Origin: Anaerolineae bacterium
Lineage (GTDB): Bacteria > Chloroflexota > Anaerolineae > Aggregatilineales > Ch27
Assembly: GCA_013178165.1 (NCBI GenBank)
Contig: JABLXG010000022.1
Span: 13,923-77,922, forward strand
Length of the DNA: 64,000 bases
Direction of reading: 5' to 3'
Positions 10,696 through 19,920 of the stretch are shown one piece after another (positions within the stretch are counted from its first letter, which is position 1; the number at the start of each line of letters is the position of its first letter). The translations under genes and the position numbers were made by a program. Below the pieces are notes generated by a model that saw only the letters and a list, made by a program, of their open reading frames with translations, did not search any database and was not told where the DNA came from.

Positions 10696-11928
10696 ATGTT
10701 TCGCAAAACCGTAGGGCTGTGCATCGTGCTGGTGCTGCTCTTGGGGGCGCTGTCTCCAGCGTTGGCCCAGGAGGGCAAAGTCGTGATCCGCTATGCCAAC
10801 TTCACAGCCGGGCAGGATCGGGCAGCGGAGTTGGACCAGATCATTGCGGCATTCGAAGCTGAGTATCCGAACATCAAGATCGAACCGTACAACATGCCGT
10901 TTGGCGACTACTTCACCATGCTCCAGGCCGACTTTGCCGGGGGCGATCCGCCTGACGTGTTCGAGTTGAATTACGAGAACTTCGTCGCCTTTGCTGCCAA
11001 TGGTGTGCTGCTGGATCTGAGTGCCTACGTATCGGAGGACGCGCCGTACTATCCGCAGGCTCTCCACGCATTCCAGTATGAGGGCAAGCAGTATGCTTTG
11101 CCGGAGACATTCTCAACAGTCGTGCTGTTCTATAACAAAGACCTCTTTGATCAGGCCGGGATCGACTATCCGACTGCCGAATGGACCTGGGTGGACGCGC
11201 TAGAAACGGCCAAGGCTATCCGTGCTCTGGGGCCAGACATCTGGGGTATCTACTCGCCGATCCAATTCTGGGAATTCTACAAGCGTGCTGCACAGAATAA
11301 CTGCCAGTTCTTCAACGAGGACAAGACCGAGACACTGATCAACGCCCCTGAGTGTGTGGAGGCGCTGCAGACGATGGTCGGCCTGCTGGAGGAAGATGTG
11401 ATGCCTGATCCGGCTGAGCAGGCTGGCGTTAGCGACAGTGAGCTGTTCCAGGCTGGCCGGTTGGGGATGCAGGTGACCGGCATCTGGATGATGCCGGCTT
11501 ACCAGGAAGTGCCGTTTAACTGGGATATTCAGCTGGAACCCGGCATGGCGACCAAGGCCTACCACTTCTTCTCAAACGGTATCGCGGTAGATATCAACAC
11601 CGAACATCCGCTGGAGGCTGCTGCCTGGGCGCAGTACATGACTTCAAGTAAGACAGCTGTCGATGTGCGCCTTGCGGCTGACTGGGAACTGCCGACGCTC
11701 AACGACATGAGTCTGTTTGAGAGCTATCTCGCCATGACTCCGCCGGATAACCGCGAGGTGGTCTTCCAGTCGCTGGAAGCGCCCGTGCCGCCGCCTACCA
11801 TCGCGCGGCAGAGTGAGATGCAGGACATCTTTGACGAGCTGTTTAACGCCGTAATCGCCGGTGAGCTTGACCCTGAGACGGCCCTCAATCTGGCCAAGGA
11901 ACGGGTTGACTCCCTGCTGACATCGTAA
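10696..11928 (+). CDS. Sugar ABC transporter substrate-binding protein
   Basis: Signal peptide (MFRKTVGLCIVLVLLLGALSPALA|Q), SBP_bac_1 motifs (GDPPDVF, YALP...VLFYNKDLFDQAG), AAGGAG RBS. Confidence 0.93.
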   Translation: MFRKTVGLCIVLVLLLGALSPALAQEGKVVIRYANFTAGQDRAAELDQIIAAFEAEYPNIKIEPYNMPFGDYFTMLQADFAGGDPPDVFELNYENFVAFAANGVLLDLSAYVSEDAPYYPQALHAFQYEGKQYALPETFSTVVLFYNKDLFDQAGIDYPTAEWTWVDALETAKAIRALGPDIWGIYSPIQFWEFYKRAAQNNCQFFNEDKTETLINAPECVEALQTMVGLLEEDVMPDPAEQAGVSDSELFQAGRLGMQVTGIWMMPAYQEVPFNWDIQLEPGMATKAYHFFSNGIAVDINTEHPLEAAAWAQYMTSSKTAVDVRLAADWELPTLNDMSLFESYLAMTPPDNREVVFQSLEAPVPPPTIARQSEMQDIFDELFNAVIAGELDPETALNLAKERVDSLLTS

Positions 11929-11946
11929 GAGCGACATCCATACTGA

Positions 11947-11984
11947 GTGTACTGGGAGCAGGCCATCGCCTGCTCCCAGTACAC
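11947..11984 (+). repeat. Perfect 17-bp stem-loop after the SBP gene (mRNA stabiliser or attenuating terminator)
   Basis: GTGTACTGGGAGCAGGC-CATC-GCCTGCTCCCAGTACAC, with no U-tract. Confidence 0.7.
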
Positions 11985-12023
11985 AATCTCGCCATCTATG
12001 CTACTTTCTAAAAGCGACCGACC

Positions 12024-13097
12024 ATGAACCTGTGGGACTCCAGCATTACTATTATTCAGGCCGGGCAGGCCGCCAGTGGCGCATATGTTGCCTCGCCCAC
12101 GTTCTCCCAGTACGGCTACTGCTGGCTGCGTGACGGCACATGGACTGCCTATGCCATGGATCTGGCGGGTGAACATGCCAGTGCCCACGCTTTTCATGCC
12201 TGGGTGGGGGCAACATTGCAGAAACATGCTCCGCGTGTGGAAGCCCTGCTGGCCAGGTTGGCTCGAGGCGAAACGCCACATGATCATGAATACCTGCCGA
12301 CACGCTTTACGCTGGATGGCGAGCTTGGGACGGATGACTGGACAGATTTCCAGCTCGATGGCTACGGCGCATGGCTGTGGGGGCTGGTTGCTCACGTGGA
12401 GGCAGCCGGTGATGACGCCTTGTGGGAAACACTGCGACCAGCCATTGATCTCACAGTGCGCTATCTGGGAGCGCTGTGGTCCATGCCCAACTATGATTGC
12501 TGGGAGGAATCTCGTCATCAGATACATCTGAGCACTTTGACTGCCCTGTATGGCGGTCTGGCGGCTGTAGCGCGCTATGATCCCGGATGCGTTCCAGCGG
12601 AGCTTCCTGCAGCTATCCAGGCCTTTGCCCTGGAGCACGGTGTGACGGTGGCCGGCTACCTTAAGAAGTCCCTGGGGAATGAGGCGGTGGATGCCAGTTT
12701 GCTATGGGCGGCGGTGCCGTATGGACTGCTGAGTGTGACTGACCCGCGCTTTGCTGCTACGCTGGCCAAGATCGAGCATGATCTCGCACGCCCGGGTGGT
12801 GGCGTATACCGCTACGCGGCAGATACATACTATGGCGGTGGTGAATGGGTGTTACTTGCCGCCTGGCTGGGCTGGGTGTATGCGGAACTGGGGCGGAGGG
12901 ACGAGGCGCAACAATTGCTGGCGTGGTGCGAGGCCCAGGCGACAGCAGCAGGTGAATTACCGGAGCAGGTGACTGATCATCTGCTTGATGCCTCCCTGTA
13001 TGATGGGTGGGTGCAGCGCTGGGGAGCGGTTGCCTGCCCTTTGCTGTGGTCGCACGCCATGTACCTGATCTTGCGCGCGGTGCTTGATAGACGCTGA
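12024..13097 (+). CDS. GH15 glycoside hydrolase, probable isomaltose glucohydrolase
   Basis: YGYCWLRDG, PNYDCWEE, VDASLL, GELPEQ and CPLLWSHAMY motifs of a single (alpha/alpha)6 GH15 domain. It sits next to a CNN-degrading-type GH31. Confidence 0.8.
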   Translation: MNLWDSSITIIQAGQAASGAYVASPTFSQYGYCWLRDGTWTAYAMDLAGEHASAHAFHAWVGATLQKHAPRVEALLARLARGETPHDHEYLPTRFTLDGELGTDDWTDFQLDGYGAWLWGLVAHVEAAGDDALWETLRPAIDLTVRYLGALWSMPNYDCWEESRHQIHLSTLTALYGGLAAVARYDPGCVPAELPAAIQAFALEHGVTVAGYLKKSLGNEAVDASLLWAAVPYGLLSVTDPRFAATLAKIEHDLARPGGGVYRYAADTYYGGGEWVLLAAWLGWVYAELGRRDEAQQLLAWCEAQATAAGELPEQVTDHLLDASLYDGWVQRWGAVACPLLWSHAMYLILRAVLDRR

Positions 13098-13174
13098 ACC
13101 GCTGGGCGCTGCAGAAAAATCATTCCTAGAAATCATTTCTTGAGAGCGTTGTAGTGAAAACATGAGGGGAAACT

Positions 13175-15493
13175 GTGACCATGATTGAGATCGTCCACCG
13201 CCCGTATGGGCAGGAGCATCCCTACGAACAACTTCCTGAAGAGCGCTTTCCACGTCAACCGCTGGCTGGTCAGCCCTTCATCATTGGTATTGTCACCCGG
13301 CCTCCTGGCGCAGTGCAGGAGGTGATGGTCCATACTCGCGTGGATGGGCAGCCCGGGCCGTCAATAGTAGCGGTATTCCAGCCTGACTGGCAGCAGAAAA
13401 CGGAGGATGGCTACGGCGCGGAATTCCTGGAGCGAATCATCCGCATCGAACAGGATATCTGGCAGGCCTCCCTGACTGCTCCCGCAGCCGGGCATACGCT
13501 TGAGTACTGGATCGAGGCTGGGGGACAGACCAGTGAGGTGTTTACATGGCGGCCTGCTGAGTGGCGACCTGCTGAGGGATTAGCGGCTTCTGTCAGCGAG
13601 GAAGATGGCGCTTTGGTCTGGCGGCTTTCGCCGGGAGAGACGGGTTGGGCTGTAGACCTACCTGCCTGGCTCCCGCGCCTGATCAGCGTTGAATGGCAAA
13701 CAGATGGGCAGCATGTCCGCCGCGTGCGGCTTGCGTTTGCATCCCCAGCGGATGAGGCGTTCTACGGTCTGGGGGAACGTTTCAATGCCCTTAACCACCG
13801 AGGCCAGACACTGGATGTCCGCGTATATGATCAGTACCGCTACCAGGGTAAGCGCACGTATTTACCCGTGCCCTTCTTGCTCTCGTCGAAGGGTTACGGC
13901 CTGTGGGTGGACAGCAGCCGCTGGATGCAGTTCGATCTGGCTGATAGTGCACCCGATTGCTGGACACTGGAGGCCGATCTGGGCCCGGACGAATCACTGA
14001 CTTTGCGCTGGCTCACCGGCGATTCCCCCTATGCGATTACGAGTCGTTTCACTCGCCTGACCGGGCAGCCCGGTTTGCCGCCACTGTGGGCCTTTGGTTT
14101 GTGGATGAGCGCCAACGAATGGAATTCGCAAGCCAGAGTCATGGCTGAGGTCGAGCGTTCTTTTGCGCATGGCATCATCCCCTCGGTTGTAGTGATCGAG
14201 GCTTGGTCGGATGAGGCGACGTTCTATATCTGGAACGACGCGCAATATAAGCCCCGTCCCGGTCACGAGTTCTTGCGCTATAGCGATTTCACTTTTCCGC
14301 CGGATGGTCGCTGGCCGGATCCGAAGGGCATGATCGATACCCTGCACGGGCGTAACATCCGTGTAGTGCTGTGGCAGAACCCGGTTCTCAAGGCGGACGA
14401 TCCTGACTTGCCAAATCCACAGGCAGACAATGACCGCGCCTACTTCATCGAACAGGGCTTTGGTGTCAAGGAGGCGGATGGTCGAACGCCCTACAGGGTT
14501 CGACCATTCTGGTTCCGGGATAGCCTGTTATGGGATGTCACCAATCCCGCCGCCTGCGATTGGTGGTTCGGTAAGCGGGCTTATTTGGTTGAAGAACTGG
14601 GGGTGGATGGCTTTAAGACTGATGGTGGCGAACACCTGTGGAGCGCGGGCGCGGTCTTCGCTGATGGGCGTCGGGGCGATGAACTTTGGAACGAGTACCC
14701 GAAGCGCTACACCGAGGCGTACCACCACTTCATCACCCAGAAACGGGGTGGTGATGGGCTGACCTTCAGCCGGGCGGGGTTTACCGGATCGCAAGTCGCA
14801 CCTGCGCACTGGGCCGGGGATCAGCCCTCCACCTGGGAGGCGTTCCGCTCGGTGATAGTAGCTGGTCTGTCAGCGGGAATCTGCGGCATCCTGTTCTGGG
14901 GGCTGGATATTGGTGGTTTTAGCGGCGAAATTCCTACGGCGGAACTGTACCTGCGTAGCACGGCCATGGCGGCGTTCTGCCCGATCATGCAGTACCACAG
15001 TGACTATAATCAGCACCGTGAACCCGTAATATTCCGCACGCCCTGGAACATCCAGGAGCGCACCGGGGACACGCGTGTAGTCCCGATATTTCGCCGTTTT
15101 GTCAACGTGCGCCATAACCTGATGCCTTATATCTGGCAAGAGGCACAGTTTTCCGCCAAAACCGGACAGCCTTTGATGCGTGCGCTGGTGCTGACCGATC
15201 CCGCTGCGGAACCATACCAGTACTTCTTCGGACGCGACCTGCTTGTCACACCGGTGACAAAAGCAGGCGCAGAGACGTGGTCGGTTTACCTGCCTGCAGG
15301 GGTGTGGCACGATCTGTGGACGGGGGAAGCGGTGCACGGTGGGAAGGTCATACAGACTGATGCGCCGCTGGATCGCATCCCGGTCTTTGTGAAGGCAGGG
15401 GCGACAATCCCGGTACGGCTGGAAGGGGGAAAGCTGGGTGATCCGGTTCCGCTCTCGTCTGAGGCTGATGCGGAGCTGCGCTTCGGGCCTTGA
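13175..15493 (+). CDS. GH31 glycoside hydrolase, probable cycloalternan (CNN)-degrading enzyme
   Basis: N-terminus IVHRPYGQEHPY, GLGERF, WMSANEWNSQ, VVIEAWSDE, DGFKTDGGEH (nucleophile), HWAGDQ, IMQYHS. These match my recollection of Kribbella Kfla1895 / CADE-type GH31 enzymes. Confidence 0.82.
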   Translation: MTMIEIVHRPYGQEHPYEQLPEERFPRQPLAGQPFIIGIVTRPPGAVQEVMVHTRVDGQPGPSIVAVFQPDWQQKTEDGYGAEFLERIIRIEQDIWQASLTAPAAGHTLEYWIEAGGQTSEVFTWRPAEWRPAEGLAASVSEEDGALVWRLSPGETGWAVDLPAWLPRLISVEWQTDGQHVRRVRLAFASPADEAFYGLGERFNALNHRGQTLDVRVYDQYRYQGKRTYLPVPFLLSSKGYGLWVDSSRWMQFDLADSAPDCWTLEADLGPDESLTLRWLTGDSPYAITSRFTRLTGQPGLPPLWAFGLWMSANEWNSQARVMAEVERSFAHGIIPSVVVIEAWSDEATFYIWNDAQYKPRPGHEFLRYSDFTFPPDGRWPDPKGMIDTLHGRNIRVVLWQNPVLKADDPDLPNPQADNDRAYFIEQGFGVKEADGRTPYRVRPFWFRDSLLWDVTNPAACDWWFGKRAYLVEELGVDGFKTDGGEHLWSAGAVFADGRRGDELWNEYPKRYTEAYHHFITQKRGGDGLTFSRAGFTGSQVAPAHWAGDQPSTWEAFRSVIVAGLSAGICGILFWGLDIGGFSGEIPTAELYLRSTAMAAFCPIMQYHSDYNQHREPVIFRTPWNIQERTGDTRVVPIFRRFVNVRHNLMPYIWQEAQFSAKTGQPLMRALVLTDPAAEPYQYFFGRDLLVTPVTKAGAETWSVYLPAGVWHDLWTGEAVHGGKVIQTDAPLDRIPVFVKAGATIPVRLEGGKLGDPVPLSSEADAELRFGP

Positions 15494-15511
15494 GGGCGTT
15501 GTTCTGAGATG

Positions 15512-15546
15512 TCGAGCGGAGATGCTCCGGCAGCGTCTCCGCTCGA
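15512..15546 (+). terminator. Stem-loop after the GH31 gene
   Basis: 15-bp stem TCGAGCGGAGATGCT...AGCGTCTCCGCTCGA followed by TTTG. Confidence 0.6.
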
Positions 15547-15729
15547 TTTGATTCCGGACACTTCAGATCAGCCGGGATCTGCCGTAGCTAAGTGTCAGAG
15601 CTGGCGGCGCATGGCAACAACAAACTCGGCTACCGAGATGGTGTTACCGTAGCCAGCCAATGTGGCTTACCCAGCCAGATCAGGTTGTAGTTGTGATTAC
15701 TCTCCCCAGCCTGGCTGGCTACGACCTGG

Positions 15730-16263
15730 CGCACTTTTGTTTTTAGGGACATCAGGTTATTTTTTACACAATCCCATGAGAATCCCGGTACCCTTCCAAT
15801 CCGTCATGATCCCACTCTATTCCATCTGCGTGACTCCAGCTTCCCAGGTACCCACTGCGCGGCGCTCTTGCTAGCCACTGGGCTTGGCTAGCCATCTGGC
15901 ATATTCCTGATGCAGGCGTTCAGGATGTACCGGGTGAATCGGCTGATGCAGTGCGAGTAGATGGCCGCAACAAATTTCAGGCTTTCTGGCGGGTCATGTT
16001 GCCAATGGCTGGCGCAGCGATGTCGGCACTATATTCGTCTTTCAGTTCATAGGCACCTGGAATGCTTTTAATAAAAACCACTACTTGATATGCAGATGCG
16101 GCTATTGCCGCTTGGATTTATGTTCTTCCAGGGACGTTATGCGCAAGACTATGGTCTGATCGCTGGTGGTGTCACAATTGCGACTGTGCCAGTGTTCATC
16201 GTCTATATGCGGTTTCAGCGGCAGTTCTTGCGCGGGTTGACTGCCGGTGCACTGAGAGGATAA
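15730..16263 (+). pseudogene. Decayed carbohydrate ABC permease (MalG-like)
   Basis: Fragments in shifting frames with an internal stop: PFQSVMIPLY, GIFLMQAF, DVPGESADAVRVDGRNKFQAFWRVMLP (EAA loop), IFVFQFIGTWNAF, LPLGFMFFQGRYAQDYGLIAGGVTIATVPVFIVYMRFQRQFLRGLTAGALRG* (16263). The 5' boundary is approximate. Confidence 0.85.
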
Positions 16264-16268
16264 CCGTC

Positions 16269-17300
16269 ATGAAAGAGTTTGTAGTCGTTGCGGAGCGCAC
16301 CATCCAGTTTCGCGATTACGAAGAACCACCGCTTGGCCCGCATGAAGTGCGGGTCAAGGCCATTGTCAGCGGGATCAAGCACGGCACTGAGATGGCGCTC
16401 TACCGGGGCAAAACCCCCTTCCTCGCCGAAGCTTTTGACCCAACCTACCGGCTCTTTATGCCTAAAGAGGGGCACAGTCTGTATCCCTGCCGGCTGGGGT
16501 CGTGGATGACCGGCGAGGTGATCGAGGTCGGGGCGGAAGTGACCCGTTTCCGCGTGGGGGACAAGGTGCATGGTGGGATGCCGCACCGGCCCACAAACGT
16601 GGTCAATGAAAACAAGCTGTATCACCTGCCCGCAGGGATGAGGCCAGAGACGGCGTTGTTCACCGATCCGTCGATCTTCGCTCTGGCAGCGGTGCATGAT
16701 GCCCAGATTAAGATCGGAGATTGGGTTGCCATTTTCGGTATGGGCGCTCTGGGCCTGATTGCTGTGCAGCTGGCGCGGGCAGCCGGTGCGGAACTGGTGA
16801 TCGCGGTGGACACGATTGACCGACGGCTGGCGTTGGCCAGGCAGTTTGGCGCGGATGCCGCCCTGAATGCTCGCACTGATGATGTCCCGCTGGCCATCAA
16901 AGACCTGACGGGCAAGAAAGGTGTTGACTGCGCCATTGAGATTTCGGGCGCTTATGCAGCCCTCCAGGCGGCCATCCGCAGTGTGCAACCGTGCGGTGTG
17001 ATCGTGGCGGCCAGCTACTACAGTGGTATCGAACCGATTCAACTTGGCGCGGAATGGCACCATAACCGGCCTACACTGATCTCCAGCATGCCGGTCTGGG
17101 GGATGCCGCACCGGCACTACCCGCTCTGGGACCTGGCGCGTATTGAGCAGACCTGCATCCGCTTGCTGGAAAGCGGGCGTATCCTCACTGACCCGATGAT
17201 CGGTCGCCGGTTCCGCTATGAACAGGCAGTGGAGGCTTATCAGTTTATTGACCAGCATCCTGAAGAAAGCGTCAAGACCCTGTTCGACTATGGCGACTGA
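16269..17300 (+). CDS. Zn/MDR-family sugar dehydrogenase, YcjQ-like
   Basis: GIKHGTE, GMGALG Rossmann motif, C-terminal FIDQHPEESVK resembling E. coli YcjQ (guloside 3-dehydrogenase). Confidence 0.8.
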   Translation: MKEFVVVAERTIQFRDYEEPPLGPHEVRVKAIVSGIKHGTEMALYRGKTPFLAEAFDPTYRLFMPKEGHSLYPCRLGSWMTGEVIEVGAEVTRFRVGDKVHGGMPHRPTNVVNENKLYHLPAGMRPETALFTDPSIFALAAVHDAQIKIGDWVAIFGMGALGLIAVQLARAAGAELVIAVDTIDRRLALARQFGADAALNARTDDVPLAIKDLTGKKGVDCAIEISGAYAALQAAIRSVQPCGVIVAASYYSGIEPIQLGAEWHHNRPTLISSMPVWGMPHRHYPLWDLARIEQTCIRLLESGRILTDPMIGRRFRYEQAVEAYQFIDQHPEESVKTLFDYGD

Positions 17301-17330
17301 TGGCCTGGCCGCCTATCGATCGGAGGAGTT

Positions 17331-18473
17331 ATGAACGACCGTGAACGGTTCAATGCCACGATGCATTATCAGCCACGCGATCGCTCGCCAATTTGTGACT
17401 TTGGCTTCTGGAAGGAAACGATCACACTCTGGTATGACCAGGGCCTGCCGCGAAATGTGAACCCCTGCAACAGTGATATGTTCTTCGGGATGGACTTTGG
17501 TCTGGACTGGATCGGCGCGGGGGTCAATGTTGGCCTGGAACCCCTCTTTGACGAGGTAGTGCTTGAAGACCGTGGTGACTACGAGATTGCCCAGCAGATT
17601 GACGGCGTCCGTGTGCTCCGCAAGAAGTTCATGGGGACCATTCCCCAGCACCAAGGGCACCTGCTGGTTGACCGGCAAAGTTGGGAAAAGCACTACAAAC
17701 CTCGTCTAGACCCTGCTACGCCCCGGCGCTATCCAGCAGACTGGGACAGCCGGGTACGCAACTGGCGCAACTCCAGGCGCAGCAATGTTGTCGCGCTACC
17801 CGCTGGAAGCCTCTATGGCTGGATTCGGGACTGGATGGGATTGGAGGCCGTCTCGCTGCTGGTCTACGACGATCCCGTTCTCTTTGAGGAGATGGTGACC
17901 ACCATTGCTGACTGCATCATTGGCGTGATGACCCGCCTTCTGGAGACAGGAGGGCATTTTGACGCCGTTGCGATGTGGGAGGATATGTGCTACCGGGCTG
18001 GTCCTTTGCTCAGTCCGCAGCACTTCAAGCGCTATCTGGTGCCCCATTACCGGCGCATCAGCGACCTGGCGCGTTCTCATGGCGTAGATGTCCTGTGGGT
18101 GGACTGCGACGGCAAAATCGATGAGCTTATCCCGCTGTGGCTTGATGCCGGGATCAACTGTATGTTCCCGGTGGAAGTGGGTACCTGGGGCGCGGACCCG
18201 GTGGCTTACCGCAAGAAGTACGGTAAGGATCTGCTGATGCTGGGCGGTTTTGACAAGCGGATCCTGGCCAGTTCCAAGCAGGCGATTGAAGCCGAAGTCC
18301 GCCGTCTGACGCCGCTGGTCGAGGAAGGCGGCTACATTGGCTTCTGCGACCACCGTGTCCCGCCAGATGTGCCGCTCCAAAACTACGTGTTCTACCTGGA
18401 GATGGTGCGCAAAGTGTGGGGGCGGGACACGAATCTCAAACCCATGGGACAGCTTGAAGATCCTCTGGAGTAA
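17331..18473 (+). CDS. Uroporphyrinogen decarboxylase (UroD/MtaA) family protein
   Basis: RERFNATMHY..DRSP, WEDMCYRAGPLLSP, VDCDG, GINCMFPVE, GGFDKR, GGYIGFCDHRVPPDVP motifs. Confidence 0.8.
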   Translation: MNDRERFNATMHYQPRDRSPICDFGFWKETITLWYDQGLPRNVNPCNSDMFFGMDFGLDWIGAGVNVGLEPLFDEVVLEDRGDYEIAQQIDGVRVLRKKFMGTIPQHQGHLLVDRQSWEKHYKPRLDPATPRRYPADWDSRVRNWRNSRRSNVVALPAGSLYGWIRDWMGLEAVSLLVYDDPVLFEEMVTTIADCIIGVMTRLLETGGHFDAVAMWEDMCYRAGPLLSPQHFKRYLVPHYRRISDLARSHGVDVLWVDCDGKIDELIPLWLDAGINCMFPVEVGTWGADPVAYRKKYGKDLLMLGGFDKRILASSKQAIEAEVRRLTPLVEEGGYIGFCDHRVPPDVPLQNYVFYLEMVRKVWGRDTNLKPMGQLEDPLE

Positions 18474-18561
18474 GAGCGCACCGCAGCAGTTTTGTTTGCG
18501 GAATCAGGAGCATTGGCTTGAACCATACATCTGGACTTCCAAGCCAGGACAGGGGGAGAGC

Positions 18562-19578
18562 ATGGCTGGTGAGCTAAAGTTAGCAGTGCTGGGGTGTGGC
18601 GGTTTTGCACGCAAGCGCCAGGTGCCGAATCTGGTTGCGCAGCCCGGCGTTCGCTTAGTGGCCTGTTGCGATCAGGAACGGGGTAACGCGGAGGCGCTGG
18701 CCCAGGAAGCTTCTAATGGGGCGGCAGTCGTATACGACGATTATGTCACCATGCTGGACAAAGCCCGTCCTGATGCGGTGTATATTGCCTTACCGCCGTA
18801 TGCCCATGCCGATGAGGTGCAGGAAGCAGCGCGGCGCGGTATTCACGTCTTCATTGAGAAGCCTATTGCGCTGGATATGGATACCGCCTGGCGGATGGTG
18901 GAGGCCGCCGAGCGAGCCGGAATTGTCACGCAGGTTGACTTCCAGTTTCGCTTTGGTGCGGCGGTGGAGCGCGTCGCTGCCCAGATCGCGTCCGGCGAGG
19001 GTGGTTCGCCTGGTCTGATGTTGGCACGTTATTTCTGCAACAGCCTGCACGCGCCCTGGTGGCGGCAGAAAGACAAGAGTGGCGGCCAGCTGGTCGAGCA
19101 GGTGATTCACATGATCGATCTGCTGCGCTACTTCCTGGGGCAGCCGGTTTCGGTTGTCGGGCGGCAGGCCAACCTGTTCCACCGGGATGTGCCCGACTAT
19201 ACCGTTGAGGACGTGAGCGGGGTGCTGGTGAGCTTTGAAAGCGGGGCACTGGGGGTGATTGCGGCCACCAATGGTGCCATTCCGGGTAAGTGGATCAACC
19301 AGTACCATCTGGTGGCGCGGCATATGACGGCAGACTTCACTGATGCCAATCACGCCACGATTGCCTATACTGCGGAGGCGCCGCCCCGCATTGAAGTTTT
19401 TGGCGATGAGAATCACGACCCCTGGGCCGCCGTCGCTGCTGACTTTGTATCGGCTGTTGTCCAGAACCGACCGGCGCGGATTCCTATCCGTGAAGGCGCG
19501 CTGACCCTGCAACTGGCGCTGGCTGCGAATGCTTCAGCTGAGCAGGGGCGGGAGGTAACGCTCGGCCCGCGCAAGTAG
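18562..19578 (+). CDS. Gfo/Idh/MocA family oxidoreductase
   Basis: LAVLGCGGFA, HVFIEKPIA, VEQVIHMID motifs. ATG at 18562 follows GGGGGAG. Confidence 0.92.
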   Translation: MAGELKLAVLGCGGFARKRQVPNLVAQPGVRLVACCDQERGNAEALAQEASNGAAVVYDDYVTMLDKARPDAVYIALPPYAHADEVQEAARRGIHVFIEKPIALDMDTAWRMVEAAERAGIVTQVDFQFRFGAAVERVAAQIASGEGGSPGLMLARYFCNSLHAPWWRQKDKSGGQLVEQVIHMIDLLRYFLGQPVSVVGRQANLFHRDVPDYTVEDVSGVLVSFESGALGVIAATNGAIPGKWINQYHLVARHMTADFTDANHATIAYTAEAPPRIEVFGDENHDPWAAVAADFVSAVVQNRPARIPIREGALTLQLALAANASAEQGREVTLGPRK

Positions 19579-19920
19579 GGTTGGAAAGGACCGTCCGGCC
19601 TGGAACGAGCCGTATCCATGTGAACGGGGAGTAAGCGGTGCCTCACTTCGGATAGCTACGGATCAGGCCGGACGATCCCGGTTGACCGGGTCTGGACCAG
19701 CTCATTCTGTCGAAAGTGTACGCTGTACGCGGCGTTGGCGCTGCGCCGCTTCTTCCCGGTTGAGTGTCTGCATACCTGCGAGATGCCAGAGGGCTGAATC
19801 ATCTGCAGCCATCAGGTGACCGGGGTAACCCGCCCGCGCGCTGGTGCAATCATTGGCGTCGCGCCCCCGGCGCGGTAGACTATGGCTCGCTTGGTTGCGC
19901 CGCCCAACTTTGAGTAACTT

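Noticed and set aside
19588-19678. Hairpin considered as SRP (ffs) or 6S RNA
   Set aside because: There is no CAGG-GNRA-AGCAG helix-8 motif on either strand, and it is too short for 6S. Kept only as an unassigned structure.
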